NCBI RefSeq assembly: GCF_006345805.1
Contig: NC_043009.1
Span: 60,388,001 to 60,452,000 of the forward strand
Direction: 5' to 3'
Source of the DNA: Octopus sinensis
Taxonomy: Eukaryota
Length of the DNA: 64,000 bases
The notes under the pieces are model-generated. The model made no database searches. It worked only from the letters and a program-made list of their open reading frames with translations, and was not told the origin of the DNA. A program made the translations under genes and the position numbers. Position 1 is the first letter of the stretch. Each line of letters begins with the position of its first letter. Shown here piece by piece: positions 11,539-23,239 of this stretch.

Positions 11539-11965
11539 GTAAGTGATAAAATTTACTCCAACATAATAAATTACACATAGATGTTCACTATATATTATAT
11601 TCAGCTTTAGGTGTGACTCACAATCGTTCAACACATATCGCATTATTAGAGTCCGGATCACATTCATATGTAGATCACATCCTTCCAATCTTAATTGCAG
11701 TCTTTAGATGTGGATCACAAGCATCGTCTGTAGATCATAGTCGCTGCATGTGGATCAGTCCTTAGATGTGGTTCACAGTCTTTACATGTGGATTTTAGCC
11801 TTCACATGCAAATCACATTATTGAGATGTGGATCACATCGTTCAGGCATGTGTGACATTATCCCACTCTATATCACAGTTTTTAGACGTGGTTTGCAGTC
11901 GTTAGATGCTAATCATTGTATTTTGGTCTGGATTCGGTTCTTCAGATACATATCACAGTCTTTAA

Positions 11966-12185
11966 CCCTTTAGTATTCAAACTGGCCATATCTGGCCAAA
12001 ATATTTTATTCTGTTTTATGTTCAAACTGACCAGATCCAGGCTCTCACACCTACCCTACAATGTTATTCTACATTAAGTAATTACACAATCAACATCTTG
12101 AAGATATGAGATAATGCATGATTAATTCAAATCAATGGGAATCAATAAGCATTATGTTTGAAAGAATAATCAGAACACTAAAGGG
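11966..12185. mobile_element. piggyBac-type MITE, second family
   Basis: TTAA-CCCTTTAG ... CTAAAGGG-TTAG termini. Confidence 0.6.
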
Positions 12186-12524
12186 TTAGATGTAGATGAC
12201 ATGTGAAGCACACTTATTAGACACAGATCACATTAGTGAGATGTGAATCAAGTATGAATTGCAGTCTTTAGGTGTGAGTCATTGTCTTTCAATGTGAATC
12301 ACATTATTTAGATAATAATCACATTCTTCACTTATGTATCACATTCTTCAGATATGTACCACAGTCTTTAGATGCAGATCACACTATTGAGATGTGGATC
12401 ACATTCTTTTGATGCGGATTGCTTGTGTTAGATGCAGAGCACTTTATTTCAATCAGTATCTCCTTCTTTAGATGTAGGTCATATTTTTTAGATGCAGATC
12501 ATGTTATTCAGATATGAATCAAGA

Positions 12525-12855
12525 CCCCTGGACTGGAGATACGTAAAAAGCACTATCCGAATCGTGGCCGAAGCCAGTGCCGCCTCGACTGGCTTCCGTG
12601 CAGGTGGCACGTAAAATGCACCAATCCGACCGTGGCCGATGCCAGCCTCGCCTGGCACCAGTGCAGGTGGCACGTAAAAAGCACCCACTACACTCATGGA
12701 GTGGTTGGCGTTAGGAAGGGCATCAAGCTGTAGAAACATTGCCAGATAAGACCGGAGCCTGGTGCAGCCTTCTGGCTTCCCAGATCCCCGGTCGAACCGT
12801 CCAACCCATGCTAGCATGGAGAACGGACGTTAAATGATGATGATGATGATGATGG
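12525..12855 (+). mobile_element. 5'-truncated RTE LINE 3' end with (GAT)n tail (further copies at 13915-14345 minus, 18462-18633, 42385-42882, 46795-46975, 54668-55012, 55190-55515)
   Basis: Same sequence as the 3' UTR of the RTE at 26318-27000, ending AACGGACGTTAAA(TGA)n. Confidence 0.85.
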
Positions 12856-13706
12856 ATCACAGTCTTTAGATGTGGATTACATCCTTGGAAGTGGATCATA
12901 GTTTTTAGATGTATATCATATTTAGAAATGGATTACATTCTTCAGATATGCATTACACACTTTAGGTGTTGATCACAGTCCTTAGATATTGATCACAATC
13001 TTCAGATATGAATCACAATCCTTAAATGTGGTTTGCAGTCTTTAAATATGGAGCACAATCTTCAAATGTGAATCACAGTTTGTAGATGCAAATCACATTA
13101 TTTAGATTTGGAAAACAAGCTTTTGATGTTGATCACATTATTTAGGCCTAGATCACCTTCTACAGATAAGTGTCACAAGATGTAGATGTGGAGCTGGTGA
13201 TATCCCTCCTGGTTTAGGAGTGACTTGGTTTTAAGCAAGAGGAGCCAAGGCCAGAAATTTCTCAAATATAACCATCATTCAGTTGATCTTGTGTTTTCAT
13301 CAATTTAGAAGCTTCACCCAAAATTATTCTACAGCAATATTAAATATGTTTTAAACAACTTAAAACCATGGCAACTGAAGAAGGGGTTTTTTCCTTGTGT
13401 TAATTGTCCTGTACTCTATTTTTTTGTTGTTTAAGAAAAATGTCCAGTTCCTTGGGTTTGTGTCTATGTTTTCGTTTCTCATTGTGTTCGACGTTTTTTT
13501 GGTGTCCTGTACTCATATATGCGTGTATATATACATGTAGAGGTAGGTACGTACATATATGTATATATATATATGCATATGTTTTATTTATTAATATATA
13601 TATAATTAATCATGGATAGAATGAATTCTGTCTACTGCCTGTTATTGTAAATGAGTGTTTATATTTTATTTCTCATTTCTTTCTTTTTTTTCCTTTTTTT
13701 TTACAG

Positions 13707-13719
13707 AAGACTTAAACAA
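13707..13719 (+). CDS. Micro-exon (13 nt, phase 1-2); (Q)DLN
   Basis: Very long T tract plus TACAG acceptor, GTAAGT donor. Confidence 0.55.
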
Positions 13720-13752
13720 GTAAGTTGTTAATTCATTATCTCTCTCTCTTTC

Positions 13753-13791
<39 letters not shown>

Positions 13792-14375
13792 GGAATAGTC
13801 TTCTTAACAATCTTGTATAAATTATTAATCCTCACTATGCTGGTGGAATTTTTACTAGTAATGTAACGTGCTAACCACATGCAAATCAGTTCTCAGGATC
13901 TCTTTCTATTGGTCATCCTCATCATCATCGTTTAACGTCCGCTTCCCATGCTAGCATGGGTCGGATGGTTTGACTGAGGGCTGGCAAACCAGATGGCTGC
14001 ACGAGGCTTCAATCTTGATCTGGCAGAGTTTCTACAGCTGGATGCCCTTCCTACCGCCAACCACTCCGAGAGTGTAGTGGGTGCTTTTACGTGCCACCAG
14101 CACGGGGTCAGTCAGGCAGTACTGGCAACAACCTCAATCGAATCTTATACACATGCCACCGGCACAGAGGCCAGTAAGGCAATGCTGGTTACGATCACGC
14201 TTGAATGGTGTCTTTTACGTGCCACTGGCATGGAGGCCAGATAGCCGCTCTGGCAATGATCATGCTCGGATGGTGCTCTTAATACCCTACTAGCACGGGG
14301 CTCAAGTGCCTGTAAGACGACACTGGTAACGATCACACTCAAATGCTGAAAATAGAATATAAATGCTACATCACA

Positions 14376-14783
14376 GGCGCAGGAGTGGCTGTGTGGTAAG
14401 TAGCTTGCTAACCAACCACATGGTTCTGGGTTCAGTCCCACTGCGTGGCATCTTGGGCAAGTGTCTTCTGCTATAGCCTCGGGTCGATCAAAGCCTTGTG
14501 AGTGGATTTGGTAGACGGAAACTGAAAGAAGCCCGTCGTATATATGTATATATATATGTATATATATGCGTGTGTGTGTGTCTGTGTTTGTCCCCCTAGC
14601 ATTGCTTGACAACCGATGCTGGTATGTTTAAGTCTTCGTTACTTAGTGGTTCGGCAAAAGAGACCGATAGAATAAGTACTGGGCTTACAAAAGAATAAGT
14701 CCCAGGGTCGAGTTGCTCGATTAAAGGAGGTGCTCCAGCATGGCCACAGTCAAATGACTGAAACAAGTAAAAGAGTAAAAGAG
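14376..14783 (+). mobile_element. tRNA-derived SINE family A, full length (other copies at 20010-20393 +, 20795-21148 -, 23766-24740 + split by an LTR, 24757-25230 -, 34665-35330 +, 46560-46775 +, 59186-59563 +)
   Basis: Head GGCGCAGGAGTGGCTGTGTGGTAAG...GGTTCAGTCCCA, internal (TA)n/(TG)n, tail ending (GTAAAAGA)n. Confidence 0.9.
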
Positions 14784-15065
14784 GGAGAGTATAAGCATCC
14801 ACATACTTGCATGTGAAGGTGCATAGCTTAGTGGATAGTTTTATTTGGCTCATGACTGTAAGGGAGTGACACCAAAATATTTCCTCAAAAATTAATTTCA
14901 TCTCTAAATCCAAGCTTTGTCTTATAGCTTGTTTCAGTCACTGGATCGTGGCCATGCTGGAGCACTGCTTTGAAGAGATCTTTTTTTTTTGTTGTTGTTG
15001 TTTTGTTTTGTTTTTATTATTATGAATATGTATCAATTTTATTTTTTCATTTTTTTTTTTTACAG

Positions 15066-15084
15066 TATGGAAATGAATATTTAA
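15066..15084 (+). CDS. Putative terminal coding exon; (N)MEMNI*
   Basis: T tract plus TACAG acceptor; phase 2 matches the preceding 13-nt exon; TAA at 15082-15084. Confidence 0.5.
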
Positions 15085-15429
15085 GCCACTGCACAGTCCA
15101 TTTCTCATTTTAACTCAAGCGAAAACCTTAAGTGCCTGCTCTACATGCTGATCTCCAATGGACACTGAAAAACTGACTGTGATAATCTTTCTAATAATGA
15201 CTTTTAGGGACCCATTATTTCGTTATGCAACTATAAACGTTTTTTTTTTTTTTTTTTTAAATATGCTAAACATTTTTTATAAGACAATTCTGTGTTCCAC
15301 TGTGTTAGCTGTGCTATTATATCACTTGATAAGATTTTGCATTTATGAGCATATATCTATCTTTGTGTCAAGTGAGGATGTACTCAATCTGGCTGGCGTC
15401 CCCCCACCCCAGATTGATGAGTAGTCAGA

Positions 15430-18192
15430 CAGTTGACAGGATTTCTGAAGGTGGTGTTGCAGACTAATAAACCACGAGCATCGCAGAACCCCAGCATCTT
15501 TGTCCCCTCCTCATTTCTGGAGCTAAAGCCATAGTCGCCATGCACATGTAGATGTGTGTTGTGTCCAAGACGTATGATGGCGGAGAGCCTCAGCTAGACT
15601 GCAAAGGGCATAGACACAAATTTTTCTGGGTAGGCAACAATAATGTGACATAGGTGTGCTACTAGCAGTGAAATGAGTGGGTAAGGTGATTGAGCTAGTC
15701 AGGGTAAGTGATCAGATTATTAAAGCTTAGAATAACCTTGTTTGATGTAACTGCATCAGTTATCTCTGCGTATGTATCATATGCCTCGTAGATACTCAGA
15801 AGGACCACTTCTATGAATCTCTTCTGAGGACTACCTCAATGATGAAAAATGACTGCATTTTCATCATGGCTAAGGGACTTTAATGAACATGTTGGAAAAT
15901 ACTCTGATGGATTTTAGGGTGTGCATGGCGACTATGGCTTTAGCTCCAGAAATGAGGAGGGGACAAAGATGTTGGGGTTCTGCAATGCTTATGGTTTATT
16001 AGTCTGCAACACCACCTTCAGAAAACCTGTCAACTGTCTGATTACTCATTAATCTGGTGGACACGCCAGCCAGATTGAGTACATCCTCACTTGACACAAA
16101 GATAGATATATCCTTAAATCTTTAAAAATGTTTTAGGCCGCGGCCATGCTGGGGCACCACATAAATGCAAAATCTTTCCCAGGAGAATAATGTACAATGC
16201 AACGTAAGATGTTAATGACTTCAGGCTTAGGGCCAGAAAGATGCAGATGTGCAAGCCAATATGGAAAAAGAAGCTCTGGAAGGTCAAAGATCCTTCAAAT
16301 GGATAGTTTTAGAGATGTCCTCAATAAGGCCTATGATGAGGAGGGAGAGATAGAGACACAAGATGTAGAGAACAACAGGACGTTTCTATGGGACAATCTA
16401 CTAAGGGCAGCAGACCAAATTTATGGCTGGAGCAAAGCCTCTACTAGACCAAGGGTGATATGGTGGTGGAACAGTGAGGTTGACAGGGTCCATAAAAGGG
16501 AAGAGACAGGTCTGGAAAGAATGGAAAAAAACAGGAGCAGAGAATAATATCAGAAAGCTAAAAGGGAAGCTAGATGTCAGTTCTATCTAGATAGAATAGA
16601 AGCAGAAGAGAAGAGCTTTGCCAAAGTCTTACAGCATGACAATTGGAGACTTGAAGTGTTCCAGATTGCTAGAGTATGTGAGTGAGGATTGAGATATTGT
16701 AGAAGAGAAGTGTGTGTGGGTAGATAAGTATGCTTGCACTTAGTGATATGAACAGGAAAGGAGTGTAGAAGAGTTACTGTGCAAGACTGTTGAATCTAGA
16801 GAATAGATAGGCTAAAGGGAGTTTCCCTTGTGTGAACCCAACAGAGGGACTGTCTATGCTAGTGGACAGCAGTGGCAATTAAAACCATAAAGACCAGGAA
16901 AACCCCTGGTCCATCTGGAATCACTGCTGAGATGCTCAAAATATCTGGTAAAGTATTGTAGAGGCCATTCACTCTGCTTGCGAAGACCTGCTGAGGCAAA
17001 TGAAATCGAAATCCGGTAACTGGCATTCATTGATAGTGGAGCACTAAGAGTACCATATGAGTGAGATCGTTGCCAGAGCAACAAGCTGGCCTTCGTGCCG
17101 ATGGCATGTTAAAAACACCATTCGAGCATGATCATTACCTGCATCGCCTTACTAGCACTTGTGCTGGGGGCACGTGAAAAAACATTTGAGCGAGGTCGTT
17201 GCCAGTGCCACTGAACTTGCTCCTGTGCAGGTGGCACGTAAAAAACACCATTTGAGCGTGGCCGTGGCCAGTACCACCTAACTGGCCCTCAGATAGTTTT
17301 CACGTGTACAAGATCCATAAAAACTATAGAGGCATGGGAAATTGATTCTCTCAAATACCCTGGTGGCTCATTAGAGGTAGTAGATAATTTCTGTTACCGA
17401 GGGGACCAAATTAGTAGTGGGGGTAGATTCACGGAGCATATGATTGCTAGAATAAGAATAGGATGAAGAAATTCAGAGAGCTGTTACCTCTGTTGGCCAC
17501 AAAAGGTTTCTCTCTCTAAGTGAAAGGAAGATTGTATGATGTTTGCATATGGACAGCAATTTTACATGATAGTGAGATGTGGGTCCTGAATGCAGGGGAG
17601 ATGTGAAGATTAGAAAGGCATGAGGTTAGTATGCTCATCTGGATGTATGATTTAGGTGTACCTGTTCAATAGAGTGTCAGTGTTTTGAGAGAGAAGATAG
17701 GCATCAAAGGAATTAGCTGCTGGGTGTAAGAAAGAAGACTGCACTGGTTTGGTCATGTGATGCAGATGGATGCCAACAGCTCCATAAAGAAGTGCCGATC
17801 TCTGAAAGTAGATGGAACATGTAGAAGGGAAATGGGATGAAGAATGACCACAGGAGGCTGAACCTTTCAGGTGAGATGACAAAGGACCGCGATGCCTGGC
17901 ACCTTGCTGTTCTCAAGAAGACCTGTACACCACAGAGGGTATTAAGATCAGTCCCTCTGGTGTAAGGCACTCGAGGCAGTGGCATGTAAATGGATCCATA
18001 TGGTGCCACATGAGCACCTGTGAAGTGCCACATAAAAGCACCTGTCCAGTGTCGTGTAAAAGCAGCTCTGTGGCTCCCCGTAAAAGCACTCTGAAACATG
18101 GTTGGCATTAGGAAGGGCATCCAGCTTTTGAAACCATGACGGATCAGACTGGGACCTAGCATGGAAAATGAATGTTAAATGATAATGATGAA
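15430..18192 (+). mobile_element. Old degenerate RTE LINE (endonuclease and RT relics, 3' UTR, GAT tail)
   Basis: GDFNxHVG- and RNEEGT-like endonuclease relics near 15870-16000; RELLPLL- and LHWFGHV-like relics at 17470-17770; many stops and frameshifts. Confidence 0.75.
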
Positions 18193-18889
18193 CAAATGTA
18201 GGGGCCATTCACTCCGCTTGATGAACAAACTTTAGAACCACCAGTTATTTCCACTCATTTATTTATCTTATTGTCTTTATTTTTGTTTTTTTATTTATAA
18301 TTTTCTCAATCTTTTATATTTATATTCCTTTTTTTTTTTGTATTCATATATATGTGTTAGTTTAAAAAAAAAATTTTTTATGAACATTCCGTAATCTGAA
18401 ATGCTAAAGTTATAAACCCCTATGTTTCTCTTTGTTATGTATTGGTTTATCCACTTATATTGCCACTACACTCACGGAGTGGTTGGCGTTAGGAAGGGCA
18501 TCCAGCTGTAGAAACACTGCCAGATCAGACTGGAACCTGGTGCAGCCTTCGGGCTTCCCAGACCCCAGTTGAACCATCCAACCCATGCTAGCATGGAAAG
18601 CGGACATTAAACGATGATGATGATGATGATGATTGCCAGTCAACTGATCATGATCTTTATGAGTGTATACTTAACAGCTTTCACAGATGCACATATCTAT
18701 AAATTGACTGAAGAAAGGGAAATATGGTACAAACATTTGATTTTGTAACTGAAAAGCCTTTGTTTTGACATCAATAAAGTGGAGAGCCATTATAATTGTG
18801 TAATGTACTTTTCTGGAATCTTTTGGTTTTATTTTATTTTCTATCGTTTTACATTCTCCATCAACCATGCATCAAACATTGAACATTAT

Positions 18890-19102
18890 TTACATTGTTT
18901 ACATTTGACAGATATTTGTCCTCATCTTGTTTGTTGTTAACACAACGTTTCGGCTGATATACCCTCCAACCTTCATCAGGTGAGAACCCAGGTTTGAAAT
19001 TTCCCCAAGACACCTGATGAAGGCTGGGGGGTACATCAGCCAAAATGTTGTGTTAACAACAAACAAGATGAGGGCAAATATCTGTCAAATGTAAATAATG
19101 TA
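18890..19102. repeat. Inverted repeat (28-bp spacer); Penelope-like terminal-repeat remnant (family 3)
   Basis: 18890-18982 is the reverse complement of 19011-19102. Confidence 0.8.
18941..18982 (-). ncRNA. Minimal hammerhead motif (canonical CUGAUGA)
   Basis: cac CTGATGA a ggttg gagggtatat cagcc GAAA cg TT gtg; the mirror copy at 19011-19052 is decayed (GAAAcg to CAAAATG context). Confidence 0.75.
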
Positions 19103-19261
19103 CAACTTATCTGTGGTAAAAAGTTAGCTCCCCAAACACATGGTTCTGGGTTCAGTTCCACTGCATGGCACCTTGAGCAAGTGTGTTCTACTAGAGCCCT
19201 TGGCCAACCAAAGTTTTGCAAGTGGATTTGATAGACAGAAATTGAAAGAAGCCCATCATAT

Positions 19262-19603
19262 TTGGTAGCTTTCAACTAACACTATCTACTCCGAGATTGA
19301 GACCAAAATTGAGAGAATGATAGAAGAAGGCTTGCTCTTCCTTCCGTAGAAGATAAAATTCAAATCAGACCATGTTAACACGAAAAATTATTTACATGAA
19401 AAAGGTGCTTTTTTTTCTATGAAAATCTCTATTTTTTACGATTTTTTTTTACTGCTGTGTCGCCATTTTTCAGTGTATTTCAACCAGAAAAATGTTCACT
19501 TAAAGAGAATAACAAGCTACATAATGCAAAATTTTTACTTTTCAAAAATTCCAATTCTAAAGGATCGAAAGAAACCCGAGCAACGCCGGGCTATACTGCT
19601 AGT
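19262..19603 (-). mobile_element. Helitron-like non-autonomous element (further copies at 38659-39048 -, 53327-53727 +, 55999-56390 +)
   Basis: Reverse complement of the 2122-2512 family. Confidence 0.7.
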
Positions 19604-21440
19604 TCTTTAATATGTTGGTCGAGCAAGGAATATCTGCCCCTTAGCTTGTTTCTAGGATCCTAAAAAAAACGGAAGCGAACGATGCAAGCTTTGATATAGC
19701 AGAGCGGACAAGGGTCATTAGATACTTGTCGTAAGGGTGGGATTCTCGTCCGTCGATAAGAGCTGGGAAATGTTATTGCAGACTTGAAACAGCCTAAGGG
19801 CAGAAAATTCCCGTTTGTCCATTAGACCCGTCAGATTTGTTAACCGGTCTAAGGGAGATAACTCGGCCTATTTAACGTTCAAACGACGTACATTATTCTT
19901 TCGTTTACAAATTAACTCACCGTAAAAGCTTTCCTATCATCGTTTGAATCTAACGAGTCGTCTTTAAAACTAAGCGCTTTATGGATGCTAAGATATATAT
20001 ATATATATAGGCGCAGGAGTGGCTGTGTGGTAAGTAGCTTGCTAACCAACCACATGGTTCCGGGTTCAGTCCCACTGCGTGGCACCTTGGGCAAGTGTCT
20101 TCTACTATAGCCTCGGGCCGACCAATGCCTTGTGAGTGGATTTGGTAGACGGAAACTGAAAGAAGTCCGTCATATATATGTATATATATATATGCGTGTG
20201 TGTGTTTGTCCCCCTAGCATTGCTTGACAACCGATGCTGGTGTGTTTATGTCCCCGTTACTTAGCGGTTCGGCAAAAGAGGCCTATAGAATAGGTACTGG
20301 GCTTACAAAAGAATAAGTCCCGGGGTCGAGTTGCTCGATTAAAGGCGGTGCTCCAGCATGGCCGCAGTCATTTGACTGAAACAAGAAAAAGAGTATATAT
20401 ATATATACAAGTGGACATCCAATATGCTAGAAATAGATCACCTACGATCTCACAACAAAGTGGTCATCCCTTATACGCATGTAATACAAAATTTTCTGAA
20501 TTTTCAGATTTTTCTATATGCTAGGCCACTGGTTTTAAATTGATGCTAATTAAATTAATATTCAATTTATTACCCTCATTACTTAAATTTGTGTGTGTGT
20601 GTGTGTGTTCCTTTAGGTTAATATAAAGATTTACTCCCGTTAACGAAAATAAAAACCTGCCTGCTCGGTGTTAAAAACTGTGTAGAAAACGAATATGAAA
20701 AAAAATTGCGCAAACGAACGTGGGTGGGAGACTTTCGGAAAATTCACAAGATCCGATTTTTCCTTCATAACTTCAGGAAAATGGATAAATAATACTCTTT
20801 ACTTGCTTCAGTCATGCTGGAGCACCACCTTTAGTCGAGCAAATCGACCCCGGGACTTATTCTTTGTAAGCCCAGTACTTATTCTATCGGTCTCTGTTGC
20901 CGAACCGCTAAGTAACGGGGACGTAAACACACCAGCATCGGTTGTCAAGCAATGCTAGGGGGACAAACACAGACGCACAAACATACACACATACATATAT
21001 ATATACATATATACGACGGGCTTCTTTCAGTTTCCGTCTACCAAATCCACTCACAAGGCTTTGGTCAGCACGGGGCTATAGTAGAAGACACTTGCCCAAG
21101 ATGCCATGTGGTTGGTTAGCAAGCTACTTACCACACAGCCACTCCTGCGATAATGTTGAAATGTTATAGAAATACCGTTCAAATGGAACAAATTACGATT
21201 ATAAAGACATTTCTGGGGGAAAATTTTTCCGAAGAAGTGGGGAAAAGACTGTCGGAAAATTCACACGAGCCATTATTTTTCCTTCATAACTTTCAGGATT
21301 TAGCTTAGCGACCAGTCGCCAAAATGTTACTATTTTTTTTATGTTTGACTTTTGCTTTAATTTGTACAAGTTGGCTCCAAGTTTCACCCAGAGACTTCAA
21401 GAGACAACAAGTTGGAAGTTCTATTATTATTATTATTATT

Positions 21441-21990
21441 GAGTGAGAGAGCAGTTCATGCCATCAAAGTGACACTGGGATAAAATATACGAAGCCCAAT
21501 ATACCCATCATGACTACCCGTCTGATAAAGGTACACCAGGCACATGCATCACAACCATATGTGCGCGACATGGTGATCTCATATCAAGATAAACAGCACA
21601 TGACCTTGCAGGTGGGGCCCAGTTAGAATTTTCTTCAGGTTGAGTAACCCATCCCGCTCAAACGGTCCCTGAATAAGGGTTGTTTAAGGATGTTGAAAGA
21701 ACCACCCATGTTTCCAGAGGTGAACTATTCAAACCCCAAAGAATCCCTCTCAACACATGGCTATGATGCTCCCCCACTACTTCTGCTCGTGATCAGAGAT
21801 GCACATATCGTCAGCCACTAAGGGACATGCTCAACTGGTTAAGGTCAAACAACTGACAAGCAAATCTGTGGTATTGAGCAGAATATTTGCTGTAGCCCAT
21901 CTTTTATACCAAGACAAAACAATGTACATGATAACACTTCCAATCAGTTAAGATCAGAAGCCATGAGAGCCACTGCCTGGGACTGCATCA
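21441..21990. mobile_element. Element of about 550 bp embedded in (ATT)n; probable non-autonomous or 3'-fragment retroposon
   Basis: Flanked by (ATT)n on both sides; a partial homologous copy lies at about 7540-7705 in the opposite orientation. Confidence 0.5.
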
Positions 21991-22178
21991 ATTATTATTA
22001 TTATTGTTATTGTTATTATTATTGCACTGGATTCCTATGTTTTCGATTACGGAGATTCCGAATATGCAAAAAAAAACACGTTTTATAAATTTTTAATAGT
22101 GGAGGACAAACACAGGCACACAAATACACACACACACACCACCATACACACATACAATACACAACACACACACACAAT

Positions 22179-22267
<89 letters not shown>

Positions 22268-22268
<1 letters not shown>

Positions 22269-22655
22269 CACATTACAGAGATGTACTTGCATAGCAAGTG
22301 ACCTGATCTGAGATCGTGTGGTGGAACGTAAACAATTGCAGCGTGGAAGGTGTTTATAAGCCATTTAAGAAACACACAAAAACCGTTAGATTCACTTCGA
22401 CATTTAAATTTAATTTGTCAAACTATTTTCATCGCTTTGAGACCGCCACCTGTTCACTGACAAAAAAAAGATGCAGCAGAGAATTTTGTCAGTGAACAGG
22501 TCGCGGTCTCAAAGCGACGAAAATATTTTGACAAATTAAATTTCAATGTTAAAGTGAATCTAATGGTTTTCGTGTGTTTCCACGCTGCAATTGTTTACGT
22601 TCCACCACACGATCTCAGATCAGGTCACTTGCTATGCAAGTACATCTCTGTAATG
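22268..22655. repeat. Inverted repeat; Penelope-like terminal-repeat remnant (family 4)
   Basis: 22268-22465 versus 22485-22655 are reverse complements, with an internal deletion in the right arm. Confidence 0.8.
22485..22535 (+). ncRNA. Hammerhead motif with swapped G3:C8 core
   Basis: tttgtca GTGAACA g gtcgc ggtctcaaa gcgac GAAA atat TT tgacaaa. Confidence 0.65.
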
Positions 22656-22699
22656 TATATTTCCACGCTGCAATTGTTTATATATATATATATATATAA

Positions 22700-22739
<40 letters not shown>

Positions 22740-22924
22740 TATATACTAATAAAAAGGGTTTAGCAAAGATTTGCTACACCACAGACCGAAGTTTAGAAAT
22801 AGCAGCCAAAAATCTTAGCTATTTCTTCTACTTTAAAAGGGGGTCTCCCGGAGAAACCAAAATACTTGAAGAAAATTCACACGAGCAGAGAGTAAAGCAA
22901 CGAAAATCAATCAATATCTGGTTA

Positions 22925-22960
<36 letters not shown>

Positions 22961-22970
22961 TGCTTTTTTC

Positions 22971-23004
<34 letters not shown>

Positions 23005-23010
23005 TGCTTT

Positions 23011-23054
<44 letters not shown>

Positions 23055-23101
23055 TGCTTTTTTCATATATATATTATATATATATACATATATATATATA
23101 T

Positions 23102-23239
23102 ATAGGAAAAAAGCAACAAGAATGGATCAATATATCGGTACAATTGTTTCGTACGAGGACATCTTTAATAAAGCTACAATGTCCTCGTACGAAACAATTG
23201 TACCGATATATTGATCCATTCTTGTTGCTTTTTTCCTAT
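23102..23239. repeat. Palindrome with 61-bp arms containing only the 3' half of a hammerhead motif
   Basis: 23102-23162 and 23179-23239 are reverse complements; GAAA caattg TA is present but no CUGA core. Confidence 0.75.

Larger units (their letters stand above)
11560..13190. repeat. Degenerate minisatellite with a unit of about 20 bp (TTAGATGTGGATCACAGTCT-like)
   Basis: Dozens of diverged units; a short version at about 6840-7010; interrupted by a MITE and an RTE 3' end. Confidence 0.8.
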
